Of a stretch of 64,000 bases of DNA, positions 21,237 to 31,429 are shown in pieces; within the stretch, counting starts at the first letter, position 1; each line of letters opens with the position of its first letter. The DNA is from Amylibacter sp. IMCC11727. Its GTDB lineage: Bacteria; Pseudomonadota; Alphaproteobacteria; Rhodobacterales; Rhodobacteraceae. The DNA is taken from NCBI RefSeq assembly GCF_029854195.1, contig NZ_CP122960.1, positions 510,984 to 574,983 of the forward strand. The letters are read 5' to 3'. The notes below the pieces were generated by a model, which did not search any database, had not been told where the DNA came from, and worked only from the letters and a program-made list of their open reading frames with translations. The position numbers and the translations under genes are program-made.

Positions 21237-22421
21237 ATGCTTGAAAACCTCACGCAGCAACCACCAGACAAAATCATTCAGCTGAGCGGCATGTTCCGCG
21301 CAGATGAGCGGGATACGAAAATCGACCTTGGGGTTGGTGTGTACAAAGACGCAAACGGCAACACGCCGATCATGCGGGCCGTTAAAAAAGCCGAACAGTT
21401 GCTGTGGAATGAAGAAACCACGAAATCCTATACCGCGTTGGTGGGCGATGGCGCGTTTCACAAGGTGATGGCCGATTTGGTTCTGGGTGACAGTGTTTCA
21501 TCCGATCGTTTGGCGTTTGCCCATGCTCCAGGTGGCACGGGTGCGATCCGCCAGATTTTGGAACTGATCAAAGTGGCGAGCCCTGATGCAACCGTTTGGA
21601 TGTCTGATCCAACGTGGCCAAACCACCCTGCGATGGTTAAAGGTGTGGGCATTCCGATGCGCACTTATACCTATCTGAACATGGAAACCCGCACCGTAGA
21701 TTTTGACGGCATGATGGAAGATTTGGCGCAGGCAAAGGCAGGGGATATCGTGATCCTGCATGGGTGTTGTCACAACCCAACGGGCGCAAACCTGAACCAG
21801 ACACAGTGGGGCGAAGTGGCCGATCTGTTGGTGGCTAAGGGAGCGGTTCCGTTTGTGGATATCGCGTATCAAGGGTTTGGCGATGGCCTGCAAGAAGACG
21901 CGTTTGGCGTGCGGTTGTTGGCGCAGCAATGCCCAGAGATGCTGATTTCGGCGTCTTGTTCCAAGAACTTTGGCATATACCGCGAACGCTGTGGACTGGT
22001 GATTACTGTGTCCAAGGATGCGGATAACACGGCGCTGGCACAAGGGATGTTGTCGAGCCTGAACCGTTTGAACTTTTCCTTCCCGCCAGATCACGGGGCG
22101 CGGTTGGTGACGATGGTTCTGTCCGATCCAGAGCTGCGGGCCGATTGGGAAGCGGAACTGGAAGAAGTGCGCACAGGCATGTTGAAACTGCGTAAGCAGT
22201 TGGCAGATGCGCTGCGAGCGGAAACCGGCTCTGATCGCTACGGGTTTATCGCGGAGCATCGCGGCATGTTTTCCCGCCTTGGTCTGAGCGAAGAACAGGT
22301 CGTCAAACTGCGCGAAGATCATGCGATTTACATGATCGGGGACAGTCGTTTCAACGTGGCTGGCCTGAACGAAAAGTCCATTCCTGTGATCGCCAAGGCG
22401 ATTGTTGCAGTTGGTGGGTAA
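21237..22421 (+). CDS. Aromatic/aspartate aminotransferase (class I PLP)
   Basis: About 394 aa with conserved AspC/TyrB motifs (DLGVGVY, SCSKNFG). Confidence 0.85.
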   Translation: MLENLTQQPPDKIIQLSGMFRADERDTKIDLGVGVYKDANGNTPIMRAVKKAEQLLWNEETTKSYTALVGDGAFHKVMADLVLGDSVSSDRLAFAHAPGGTGAIRQILELIKVASPDATVWMSDPTWPNHPAMVKGVGIPMRTYTYLNMETRTVDFDGMMEDLAQAKAGDIVILHGCCHNPTGANLNQTQWGEVADLLVAKGAVPFVDIAYQGFGDGLQEDAFGVRLLAQQCPEMLISASCSKNFGIYRERCGLVITVSKDADNTALAQGMLSSLNRLNFSFPPDHGARLVTMVLSDPELRADWEAELEEVRTGMLKLRKQLADALRAETGSDRYGFIAEHRGMFSRLGLSEEQVVKLREDHAIYMIGDSRFNVAGLNEKSIPVIAKAIVAVGG

Positions 22422-22476
22422 ATCATCCAAGTGTGAAAAATTTGAACCGCGCCTGCCTTTGGTTGGCGCGGTTTTT

Positions 22477-23268
22477 TTATGACACCATCGCTTGCATTTG
22501 CACCGCGTTCAACACTTTGGGTGCAGGCACGTTGATGAGGCGTTCGGGTGTCAATTCGACACCGCTGAGCAGCCAGTTTTCCACGATTTTTGTGCCAATG
22601 GTGTGCCCAAGCCAGCGGGGTTTGTCGCCCGTGCCTGAAAACCATTCGCCGTGGTCAAATTTTGTGGTCATTAGGGTGCGTTGATCGGGCCACATCGCAC
22701 CCAGCACATCATCTGATAGAGCTTGGTCCCAGGGTTCGGGTTGGCTGTCAAACACCAGTCGTACGAATTGTGCGGCCAATCCTTCGCTGACCATCGCGCC
22801 GCCCAAAGTAAAGCCGTAACCAGGGCCAGCGGCCCGCATGGCACGATGCGCTGTGTTGACCATCTGACGTTTGACCAAACCGCTTTTGAGGGTTTGAGAA
22901 AAATTTTCGTTGTAGGGATCAAACACCAGCGTGGCCAAATTCGGCCGTGCAATTTCGGCGCGCATGCCTGTTTCGGGGGTGACGTTTTCATTGCCCCGTT
23001 CAATCAGGATATCCATGGCGTCAGGGCGCACGAAAGGTGACATCAGGCGATGGGCATCGTTGATTTGCGCGGTGATCCGATCTTGCCAAGCGGTCAGATC
23101 GCCCGTTGCTTCGAGCCAGTGTAATGTCCAACGCGCCAAAATGGCCCCCAAGAGAATTAGAATCGTACCCCGCATCATAGAAAGCCGCGCCCTTGTGCCA
23201 AGAGTGTTGCGCAACATCACCATCCCCCGTTTCATGGATGCAACAACTTGGCGGTTGTCCCTTGTCAT
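22477..23268 (-). CDS. Hypothetical membrane-anchored protein
   Basis: Long ORF with N-terminal TM segment (ILILLGAILARW). No recognised family. Confidence 0.45.
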   Translation of the reverse strand: MTRDNRQVVASMKRGMVMLRNTLGTRARLSMMRGTILILLGAILARWTLHWLEATGDLTAWQDRITAQINDAHRLMSPFVRPDAMDILIERGNENVTPETGMRAEIARPNLATLVFDPYNENFSQTLKSGLVKRQMVNTAHRAMRAAGPGYGFTLGGAMVSEGLAAQFVRLVFDSQPEPWDQALSDDVLGAMWPDQRTLMTTKFDHGEWFSGTGDKPRWLGHTIGTKIVENWLLSGVELTPERLINVPAPKVLNAVQMQAMVS

Positions 23269-23347
23269 TCCTGCGCGTGCGAGCTATCCCGCGCCAGCCT
23301 GACATCAGGCGAAAGTGTCCGCTACCTTTTCAAAACGGAGTAATGAA

Positions 23348-23977
23348 ATGTCTCGTGGTTTGGTCATTGGCGTTCTCGCCATGGCGGCGGTTGTCGTCGC
23401 GTCGAATATTCTTGTGCAGTTCTTGTTGGGCGATTGGCTCACGTGGGGTGCATTTACCTATCCCATTGCGTTCCTTGTCACTGATGTGATGAACCGCGTT
23501 TACGGTGCGCCGATGGCACGCAAGGTTGTTTTTGCGGGCTTTGTGGTTGGCATCATCTGTTCGTTTATCGGTACGCAAATCATGGGCGAATTTGGTCCGC
23601 TGGTGACATTGCGCATCGCGATTGGGTCTGGCACCGCGTTTTTGGTGGCGCAATTGGTTGATGTGTTCGTATTCAACCGTCTGCGCAGTGGTGCATGGTG
23701 GCGTGCGCCGCTCGCATCTACCCTTATCGGGTCATCGCTTGATACTGCCATTTTCTTTACGCTCGCGTTTTCGGCCAGTTTTGTATTTCTGGAGCCGATG
23801 AACGATGTGAGCTGGTCTTGGGAAGTTCTGCCGATCCTTGGTCTGGGGCCAGAGGCACCATTGTGGGTCAGCCTTGGGATTGCGGATTGGTTGGTGAAAC
23901 TGTCACTCGCGCTGATCGCGCTTATTCCGTTTCGTGTGTTGGTTTCACGTCTGTCGCCCACAACAAACGCGGTCTGA
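23348..23977 (+). CDS. yhhQ: Queuosine-precursor transporter (YhhQ / VUT family)
   Basis: About 210 aa membrane protein with the YhhQ/DUF165 pattern. The ATG at 23348 is preferred over the upstream GTG. Confidence 0.75.
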   Translation: MSRGLVIGVLAMAAVVVASNILVQFLLGDWLTWGAFTYPIAFLVTDVMNRVYGAPMARKVVFAGFVVGIICSFIGTQIMGEFGPLVTLRIAIGSGTAFLVAQLVDVFVFNRLRSGAWWRAPLASTLIGSSLDTAIFFTLAFSASFVFLEPMNDVSWSWEVLPILGLGPEAPLWVSLGIADWLVKLSLALIALIPFRVLVSRLSPTTNAV

Positions 23978-24104
23978 TTCCGCCCTTTGCCCACAAAATA
24001 TTGTGTGAAATGCAGAAAGTTCTTTGCGTTTCACACAAGACGTGGCACGATTCTGATGTGGATCACATGATCTGCGCTTTGAACAATCAGAAAGGAGGTG
24101 CCAA

Positions 24105-24161
24105 TGATTATTGGGAAACAGGAGCAGCTGGTTAAGGTTACACGCGAGGTGCGCGTTTAGG
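24105..24161 (+). CDS. Candidate 18-aa small ORF (MIIGKQEQLVKVTREVRV) with a near-perfect SD
   Basis: aaaggaggtg lies 5-6 nt upstream of the ATG. An inverted repeat sits upstream and a hairpin terminator downstream. No homology support. Confidence 0.25.
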
Positions 24162-24233
24162 GGGCAGCCCTTCTACTCACGAGCCTGGCTTCGGGATCTT
24201 ATGATCTTGCTTGCCACCTCCAAATCTCGAGAA

Positions 24234-24270
24234 GAGCCCCGACAGATTTGTCGGGGCTCTTTCCGTTTTT
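24234..24270. terminator. Rho-independent terminator hairpin (agccccgaca/gtcggggct) plus T-run
   Basis: GC-rich 9-bp stem followed by tttccgttttt. It lies at the 3' end of the sigma-factor gene and after the small ORF. Confidence 0.6.
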
Positions 24271-24734
24271 CAAATCAATTCACGCAATTTGCTGCGGGCG
24301 CGACTGATGCGTGACATGACCGTGCCGATGGGCAGGTTTAGCCGATCCGCCATATCTGAATAGGACAATCCCGCATTCACCCTCAGGCGCATGACTGTGC
24401 GGTATTCTTCGGGCAGGCGGCCAATGGCAGCCAGAGTTTCCACGCAAGCCAGTTCCGCAAAGGCATCCGCGGTTAGGTCCGCAGGCTCGTGATCTTCTAT
24501 GGGGAGCATGGACGGTGCCCGCCCCCGTTTGCGGGTCTGATCCAAAAACAAGTTGCGCAAAGTGCGCGCCATATAAGCGCGGGGGTTTTCCACATCTGAC
24601 AGACAGGCATCACGGCTGAGGATGTGCAACACAACGTCTTGCACCAAATCCTCTGCCTGTTCACGATTGCGGGTCAGGTGGTGCGCGTAGATCAGCAAAT
24701 CTTCGAGGTGATCGAACAATTTATCAGGGTTCAT
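24270..24734 (-). CDS. ECF-type RNA polymerase sigma-70 factor
   Basis: Region 2 (LVQDVVLHI) and region 4 (LSYSDMADRLNLPIGTVMSRISRAR) are present. Preferred start is MNPDKLF at 24734. Confidence 0.8.
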   Translation of the reverse strand: MNPDKLFDHLEDLLIYAHHLTRNREQAEDLVQDVVLHILSRDACLSDVENPRAYMARTLRNLFLDQTRKRGRAPSMLPIEDHEPADLTADAFAELACVETLAAIGRLPEEYRTVMRLRVNAGLSYSDMADRLNLPIGTVMSRISRARSKLRELI

Positions 24735-24960
24735 GGGGTGGCTCCGAAAGGGTGAGGGATGGATCGACCATAGAGGCTCTGCGTCCCAAGCCGTTAGGTC
24801 AGAACCCGCCCACAGCCAATTTCCGCTCGCCCTAGGGGTGTGACGCGGCAGGTTTCTGCCATCTAAAATCGTGCAGGGAATATCATCCCCCGTTTTTTCG
24901 TCTTTAGGGTCAGAGGGCGCAATCTGCGGGCCTCGTAAACAACACGAATAGGAGAATTCT

Positions 24961-25203
24961 ATGCGTAAACTGGTTTTGACTCTGGCAACATTGGCTGCCA
25001 CCGCATCTTTTGCCACTGCAAAAGAGATGTCCGAAATGGACGTAAACGAAGATGGCGTGCTGAGCGTTGAAGAGTTTGCGGCAGGTCACAGCGAAGTGGA
25101 CCCAGCGGTATTTGCCGCAATTGACGCAAATGAGGATGGATTGATTGATCCATCCGAATACGAAGCCGCAACTGGCGAGGGCGGTGTTTTGGCAGAAGGC
25201 TAA
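24961..25203 (+). CDS. Secreted EF-hand calcium-binding protein
   Basis: Signal peptide plus two EF-hand loops (DVNEDGVLSVEEF, DANEDGLIDPSEY). Confidence 0.7.
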   Translation: MRKLVLTLATLAATASFATAKEMSEMDVNEDGVLSVEEFAAGHSEVDPAVFAAIDANEDGLIDPSEYEAATGEGGVLAEG

Positions 25204-25336
25204 ACATGTGTTCCATTAGGTTTGAGCCATGTAAATAAGGTGTTCAATTGGAGTGCGCTGGTCCCAGTTAAGGACCGCTGCAAAGGCCAAGGGCACCGAT
25301 GGGTCAGACTTTTGGAATGTGCCTAAAAACGAGAAA

Positions 25337-25369
25337 GGGCCAGCAGGTGACGCTGGCCCTTCCTTTTTG
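25337..25369 (+). terminator. Rho-independent terminator after the EF-hand gene
   Basis: gggccagc...gctggccc stem followed by ttcctttttg. Confidence 0.6.
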
Positions 25370-25508
25370 CGCGTCATCTACGGGGACTGTAGGGCCGCAC
25401 AAAATTGGAGATACCCCTGTTTAACGCAGCAATGATGCAAAGCGAAAACACATTGCATCGCGGTTCTGTGAGAGCCTGTGACAGGCCTGCGTTCTGTGTT
25501 AAAATCCC

Positions 25509-25931
25509 ATGATTATGCGGATTAACGACGACATCACCCTAGAGGATTGGGAACTGAGTGAGAGCTTTCACCGCTCCTCTGGCCCAGGTGGTCAGCATGT
25601 GAACAAAACGTCCAGCGCCGTAGAACTGCGGTTCGAGGCGGCTCGTTCGCCAAACCTGACCCCAGCCGTAAAGGCGCGGTTAAAACGGCTCGCTGGCCGC
25701 CGCTGGACCAAAGACGGGGCAGTGATCGTCACATCCGAAGCACACCGCAGCCAACTGATGAACCGCGAACTGGCACAAGAAAAACTGGCAGAGTTAATCC
25801 GCGCGGCACTTGTGGTTCCAAAGCGGCGGATCAAAACAAAACCCACGCTTGGCAGCAAGCGACGGCGGCTTGAGGGTAAAAAACAACGCGGCGAAGTGAA
25901 GAAGCTGCGCGGTAAGGTGACGGGGGATTAA
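25509..25931 (+). CDS. arfB: Alternative ribosome-rescue factor ArfB (peptidyl-tRNA hydrolase)
   Basis: GGQ motif ([12 protein letters not shown]) and a basic C-terminal tail. Confidence 0.85.
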   Translation: MIMRINDDITLEDWELSESFHRSSGPGGQHVNKTSSAVELRFEAARSPNLTPAVKARLKRLAGRRWTKDGAVIVTSEAHRSQLMNRELAQEKLAELIRAALVVPKRRIKTKPTLGSKRRRLEGKKQRGEVKKLRGKVTGD

Positions 25932-27220
25932 ACCTCCACCTCGATCTTTTCCTGATCGCCGACACCAAACACGCGTTTGTAGCGGGTGATTTGATCTTGT
26001 GGGCCCATGGCTTTGTTGGGGTTGTCGCTGAGTTTCACGGTGGGGTGGCCGTTGGCGGCGACCGCTTTGCAGACCAGTGAAAACGGGGCGAGTGCATCAT
26101 TTGGAACGAGCCCGCGGAAATCGTTTGTGAGTTTTGTGCCCCAGCCAAAGCCGGTGCGTACGCGGCCTTCGAATTGTTTGAACAGGTCCATGATTTTGGT
26201 GTCATCGAGACCGTCTGAAAAGATGATCAGCTTTTCGCGGGGGTCTTGGCCGCGCGCGGTCCACCAGTCAATTGCAGTTTCTGCGGCGATGGCGGGGTCG
26301 CCGCTGTCCACGCGGATACCTGTCCAATCGGACAGCCAATCAGGCGCGTTATCAAGAAAACCTTTGGTTCCATAGGTGTCGGGCAGAATGATCAGCAGGT
26401 TACCATCGTGTTCATCCTGCCAGTCTTGCAAAACCTGATAGGGGGCTTGGGCCAGTTCTGCGTCATCCTTGGCGAGTGCGGAGTAGACCATGGGCAATTC
26501 GTGGGCGTTTGTGCCGATGGCTTCGACTTCGCGGCGCATGGCAATCAGGCAGTTGGACGTGCCTGTAAAGCTGTCACCGAGTCCTTCGCGCATGGCTTGA
26601 ACACACCAATCTTGCCACATGAATGAATGGCGGCGGCGTGTGCCGAAATCTGCAACCCGCAGGTTGGGCTCTTGGCGCAGGCGTTCGATCTTTTCCCAGA
26701 GTTTGGTCATGGCGCGGGCGTAGAGCACTTGGAGTTCGAATTTCCCCATGTCTTTCAATACAGCACGCGAGCGCAGCTCCATGATAATGGACAGTGCGGG
26801 GATTTCCCACAACATCACCTCTGGCCATGTGCCCTCAAACGTGAGTTCGTATTGCCCGTCGACCTTTTCAAGGTGATAGGCGGGCAGGCGCAAATTCTCA
26901 AACCACTCCATGAAATCGGGGCGGAACATCTGACGTTTTCCATAGAATGTGTTGCCGCGCAGCCATGTGCTTTCACCCCGAGAGAGGGAGAGGGAGCGCA
27001 CGTGATCCAGTTGTTCGCGCAGCTCGCCTTCGTCAATAATGTCCGCAATGCGCAGGGTTTTGGTGCGGTTGATCAAGCTGAACGTGACATTGGCGTCTGG
27101 TTTGTTGCGAAACACCGATTGGCACATCAGAAGTTTGTAAAAATCTGTGTCGATCAGGGACCGCACAATCGGGTCGATCTTCCATTTGTGATTGTACACA
27201 CGGGTAGCGATATCGACCAT
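25928..27220 (-). CDS. pncB: Nicotinate phosphoribosyltransferase
   Basis: About 430 aa with a conserved PncB N-terminus ([17 protein letters not shown]). Confidence 0.9.
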   Translation of the reverse strand: MVDIATRVYNHKWKIDPIVRSLIDTDFYKLLMCQSVFRNKPDANVTFSLINRTKTLRIADIIDEGELREQLDHVRSLSLSRGESTWLRGNTFYGKRQMFRPDFMEWFENLRLPAYHLEKVDGQYELTFEGTWPEVMLWEIPALSIIMELRSRAVLKDMGKFELQVLYARAMTKLWEKIERLRQEPNLRVADFGTRRRHSFMWQDWCVQAMREGLGDSFTGTSNCLIAMRREVEAIGTNAHELPMVYSALAKDDAELAQAPYQVLQDWQDEHDGNLLIILPDTYGTKGFLDNAPDWLSDWTGIRVDSGDPAIAAETAIDWWTARGQDPREKLIIFSDGLDDTKIMDLFKQFEGRVRTGFGWGTKLTNDFRGLVPNDALAPFSLVCKAVAANGHPTVKLSDNPNKAMGPQDQITRYKRVFGVGDQEKIEVEV

Positions 27221-27280
27221 GATGCGGCCTTTCGAATTGGGTTAACCGAGTTAAAGCAGGGGTTTATTCGGTTGTCCAGC

Positions 27281-27876
27281 TAGGCGAGTTTTACCCCAGC
27301 GGATTGCATTTCCGCAAGCGCGGCCGCGAGTGAGCCGCCAAGGTCAATGCCGCGGCAGGCGGATTCGATGACGGTGACGTCTTAGCCGAGTTTTGCGCCG
27401 TCGATGGCCGAGAATTTCACGCAGAAATCGGTGGCGAGGCCAACCATGGTGAGGGCGGTGACACCGCGTTCTTGAAGATAGCCGTGCAGGCCCGTTTGGG
27501 TTTTGTGATCGTTTTCGAAAAACGCAGAGTAGCTGTCGATTGCGGGATTGTAGCCTTTGCGCACGATCATATCGGCGCTGTCGGTGTTAAGGCCCGATTT
27601 GAACGCTGATCCCGTGGTGCCGATGACGCAGTGGCGCGGCCAAAGGACTTGGGTGCCATAGGGCATTTCGGTGGTGGAGTAGGGTTCTGCGCCATCGTGA
27701 TTGTCGGCAAAAGACGAATGGTTTGAGGGGTGCCAATCCTGTGTCAGAACCTTGACCGCAAAGTCATCCTGCATGGCGTTTACGGGGGCGATAATTTCAT
27801 CGCCACCGTCCACGGCCAGTGCGCCGCCGGGGCAGAAATCGTTTTGAATGTCGATCATGATGAGAGCTTGGGTCAT
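27281..27876 (-). pseudogene. pncA: Nicotinamidase/pyrazinamidase interrupted by an in-frame TAA at 27382-27384
   Basis: The upstream part carries the catalytic D, K and C context (IDIQNDF...TDFCV). The reading frame continues past the stop for 33 more conserved codons (DVTVIES...LAEMQSAGVKLA) to a TAG at 27281-27283. Confidence 0.65.
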
Positions 27877-27951
27877 GGGTCTGTTCCTTATGGTTAAGGA
27901 TTTATGGGCCGTAGTCTGGTATTTTGCAACGGCGGGGGCTATATCGCCGCC

Positions 27952-28860
27952 ATGTCACAGATTGTTGTTGCCGCTCTTTATCATTTCACCCGTTTTGAGG
28001 ACCACAAGGCCCTGCAAGGCCCGCTTCAGGCTGTTTGCGATGCAGGGGGTGTGAAGGGGTCGTTGTTGCTGGCGTTTGAGGGGATCAACGGCACCATTGC
28101 GGGACCGCGCGCAGGGATTGATGCGGCCTTGGCGGCCATTCGGGCGTTGCCTGGGTGTGCGGATTTTGAGCACAAAGAAAGCTTTACCGACGAGATGCCG
28201 TTTTTGCGCATGAAGGTGAAGTTGAAGAAAGAAATCGTCACCATGGGGCAGCCGCAGGTGGACCCGACGGCCAATGTTGGGAACTATGTTGAGGCCGAGG
28301 ATTGGAACGATCTGATCGCACGCGACGATGTGGTGGTGATTGATACGCGCAACGATTACGAGGTTGCGATTGGCACGTTTGAGGGGGCAGTTGACCCCAA
28401 GACGAAATCCTTTGGCGAGTTTCCTGCGTGGTGGGAAGAAAACAAAGATCGCTTTCACAACAAGAAGGTGGCGATGTTTTGCACGGGAGGGATTCGGTGT
28501 GAGAAATCAACGAACTATCTGCTCGGTGAAGGGGTGGATGATGTGTATCACCTGAAGGGTGGTATCCTAAAATACCTTGAGAATGTGCCCGAGGAAGACA
28601 GCACGTGGGACGGGCAGTGTTTCGTTTTCGACAGCCGTGTGTCCGTTGGGCACGGGTTGAAAGAGGGCGAGTACGAGCTGTGTTTTGCCTGCCGTATGCC
28701 GCTGGCCCCAGCGGATTTTGATCGGCCTGAATATGAGCATGGCGTGACGTGCCATCAGTGTTTTGACCAGCATTCAGAAGAGCGTAAAGAGCGGTTCCGC
28801 GAACGGCAAAAACAGATCGCGTTGGCGGCGAAACGTGGGACGCAGCATATCGGGGGTTAG
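27952..28860 (+). CDS. trhO: Rhodanese-domain tRNA U34 hydroxylase TrhO (YceA/UPF0176)
   Basis: Rhodanese Cys loop ([10 protein letters not shown]) and a C-terminal Cys-rich region. Confidence 0.8.
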   Translation: MSQIVVAALYHFTRFEDHKALQGPLQAVCDAGGVKGSLLLAFEGINGTIAGPRAGIDAALAAIRALPGCADFEHKESFTDEMPFLRMKVKLKKEIVTMGQPQVDPTANVGNYVEAEDWNDLIARDDVVVIDTRNDYEVAIGTFEGAVDPKTKSFGEFPAWWEENKDRFHNKKVAMFCTGGIRCEKSTNYLLGEGVDDVYHLKGGILKYLENVPEEDSTWDGQCFVFDSRVSVGHGLKEGEYELCFACRMPLAPADFDRPEYEHGVTCHQCFDQHSEERKERFRERQKQIALAAKRGTQHIGG

Positions 28861-30125
28861 GCGGGTGCAGCCCTGAGCGGGCGTTCCCTGATGGGCAAAT
28901 GGAGTATGGCCGACAGTGCGCCGACGCCGATGCCGACCCACCAGACGATGGTGTATGTGCCGTAAAGATCATAGAGCGCGCCACCGAGCCAGACGCCCAT
29001 AAAACCGCCGAGTTGATGGCTGAAGAAGACGATTCCGTACAAGGTTCCCATGTAACGCAGGCCGTAGATGTGCGCGATCAGGCCTGATGTGAGCGGCACT
29101 GTGGCGAGCCAAAGAAGGCCCATGAGGAAGCTGAAAATCACCACGGTTGTGGGGGTGACAGGGGTCATGATGAACCAGATGGATACGAGCGTTCGACCTG
29201 TGTAAATCATTGCCAATAAATACTTTTTCGGGAAGTGTTTGCCGAGCATCCCTGCGCCCACAGTCCCGATGATGTTGGCCAAACCGATGATGCCGATCGC
29301 CACGCCGCCAAGGACTGTGGTGGTGGAAATGCCGATGGTATCAAGCAGGCTGCCCGAGGCGATGGGGCCGCAGATTTCGGTGATGAAAGCCGGGAAGTGC
29401 GCGGTGATGAAACCGAGCTGATAACCGCAGGAAAAGAAGCCAAGGAAGATGAGCGAATAGGTCGGGTCTTTGAATGCTTTGAACAGCATTTGGGACATGG
29501 TTTCTTCGAGCTCTGCCTTGGTGGCGACAGGTTCGCCCTTGAGCAAAGGCAAAAGGAAGATGACGCTGAGAATGGCAGCCGCGAAAATGAGGAAGACGCT
29601 GGACCAGTTCATTTGAGTGAGCAGGGCGGCGGCGATTGGGGGGCCGATGACTTGGCCAAGGGAGCCTGATGCGGTGGCAATGCCGAGAACGAGAGAGCGG
29701 TTTTCATCACTGGCGGCACGGCCAACGATGGCGAGGATGACGCCAAAACCTGTTCCTGCGATACCGAATCCCACAACAATTTCAAGAAGTTGATGTGCGC
29801 CCGGTGTGGTGGCAACGGAGGATAGAACAAGGCCAGCGGCGTAGGTGAGCGCACCAAGGAAGATGGCGCGACGGTCGCCGAATTTTTCGGCGATGGCAGC
29901 GAAAATCGGTTGGCCGATGCCCCAAGCGAGGTTCTGTATCGCAATGGCGAGCGAGAATTCGGAGCGTAGCCAGCCGAACTCTGACGCGATCGGGATTTGG
30001 AACACGCCAAAGGACGCGCGAATGGCAAAGCCTGTCATCAAGATCAGGCAAGATGCGATCAGGATGGGTGTGAAGATTTTTGATTGCGCGGTCATCAGGT
30101 CGGCCTTTGTTGCGGGCAGTGCCAC
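28857..30125 (-). CDS. MFS transporter
   Basis: Twelve-TMS pattern with MFS signature loops. Confidence 0.8.
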   Translation of the reverse strand: MALPATKADLMTAQSKIFTPILIASCLILMTGFAIRASFGVFQIPIASEFGWLRSEFSLAIAIQNLAWGIGQPIFAAIAEKFGDRRAIFLGALTYAAGLVLSSVATTPGAHQLLEIVVGFGIAGTGFGVILAIVGRAASDENRSLVLGIATASGSLGQVIGPPIAAALLTQMNWSSVFLIFAAAILSVIFLLPLLKGEPVATKAELEETMSQMLFKAFKDPTYSLIFLGFFSCGYQLGFITAHFPAFITEICGPIASGSLLDTIGISTTTVLGGVAIGIIGLANIIGTVGAGMLGKHFPKKYLLAMIYTGRTLVSIWFIMTPVTPTTVVIFSFLMGLLWLATVPLTSGLIAHIYGLRYMGTLYGIVFFSHQLGGFMGVWLGGALYDLYGTYTIVWWVGIGVGALSAILHLPIRERPLRAAPA

Positions 30126-30181
30126 GAGTTGTTAGGAAACTCTGACCAAAGAACACACAAATGCGCAAGGTTTTATCGGTG

Positions 30182-31252
30182 ATGACCACCCTAACGGAAT
30201 TTTATGAAGACCGCGTTAAGCGGGGGGACTTGCTTCGTGACCCTGCACAAGTTGCGGTGCTGGGGCTGTTTGATGGTGTTGCTGAACGGATGCAGAAACC
30301 TGTGAAAAAAGGGCTGCGCGGATTGTTTGGAAAGTCTGCCGATCCTGTGAAGGGCTTGTACCTTTATGGCGGGGTTGGGCGTGGGAAATCCATGCTGATG
30401 GACATGTTTTTTGACGGGGTAGATGAACCGCGCAAACGACGGGTGCATTTTCATGCGTTTATGCAAGAAATTCATGCGCTTATGCACAAGGCGCGGCAAA
30501 AGGGTGTTGAAGACGCGATTGTGCCTGTGGCGGAGGAGGTGATTGAGTCCTCCCGACTGTTGTGTTTTGACGAGATGCAAATCACCGATATCACCGATGC
30601 GATGATTGTGGGGCGGTTGTTTGAAAAGCTTTTCGCGGCAGGTGTTGTGATTGTTACGACTTCGAACAGGCATCCTGATGATTTGTATAAGGATGGGTTG
30701 AACAGGAACCTGTTTTTGCCATTTATTTCAATGATTAAGGAGCGGATGGAGGTTTATAACCTCGACAGTGAAACGGACCATAGGCAGAACCGATTGCAAG
30801 GACATAAGACGTATTTCGCGCCCATTGATGAAGCGGCGGAAATGGCGATTCAGCGGGTTTGGACGGATGTGGCAGGGGGCAAACGCGAACCCCTGATCCT
30901 GCACCATAAATCGCGCGAGATTGTGCTGCCTGCGTTTCACAATGGGGTGGCGATGGCCACGTTTCGCGAACTGTGTGGTCAGCCGCTGGGGCCAGGGGAT
31001 TATCTGGCCATTGCACAGGCGATTAGGGTGCTGATCTTAAAGGATATTCCACGACTAAGCCGTGAAGGGCAGAATGAGGCGAAACGGTTTGTGACACTGA
31101 TTGATGCGCTGTACGAAGCGCGCGTGAAGCTGATCGCAAGCGCGGCGGCAGAGCCAGAACAGTTGTACGAAGCAGGCACAGGGGCGTTTGAGTTTGAACG
31201 CACGGCCAGCCGTTTGCGGGAAATGATGTCTGCTGATTGGGGTGCGCAATAG
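30182..31252 (+). CDS. zapE: Cell-division protein ZapE (AFG1-family ATPase)
   Basis: Walker A motif in LYLYGGVGRGKSMLMD. Typical AFG1 family length. Confidence 0.8.
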   Translation: MTTLTEFYEDRVKRGDLLRDPAQVAVLGLFDGVAERMQKPVKKGLRGLFGKSADPVKGLYLYGGVGRGKSMLMDMFFDGVDEPRKRRVHFHAFMQEIHALMHKARQKGVEDAIVPVAEEVIESSRLLCFDEMQITDITDAMIVGRLFEKLFAAGVVIVTTSNRHPDDLYKDGLNRNLFLPFISMIKERMEVYNLDSETDHRQNRLQGHKTYFAPIDEAAEMAIQRVWTDVAGGKREPLILHHKSREIVLPAFHNGVAMATFRELCGQPLGPGDYLAIAQAIRVLILKDIPRLSREGQNEAKRFVTLIDALYEARVKLIASAAAEPEQLYEAGTGAFEFERTASRLREMMSADWGAQ

Positions 31253-31429
31253 GCACCGTTCGCGCCGTTAAGGTCACACTGCGTGGCAGTTTTGCCGAAA
31301 AAAGCAAACCACCCAGAAACAGGGGTCCCGCAGGTATGGGTTGTGTGTTGCGATTTTGAAAAGCGCATTGGTTAACGGCAGAAGGGCAACACGCAACGGG
31401 CGAGATCCGAAGATCCCGCCCGTCACCTT

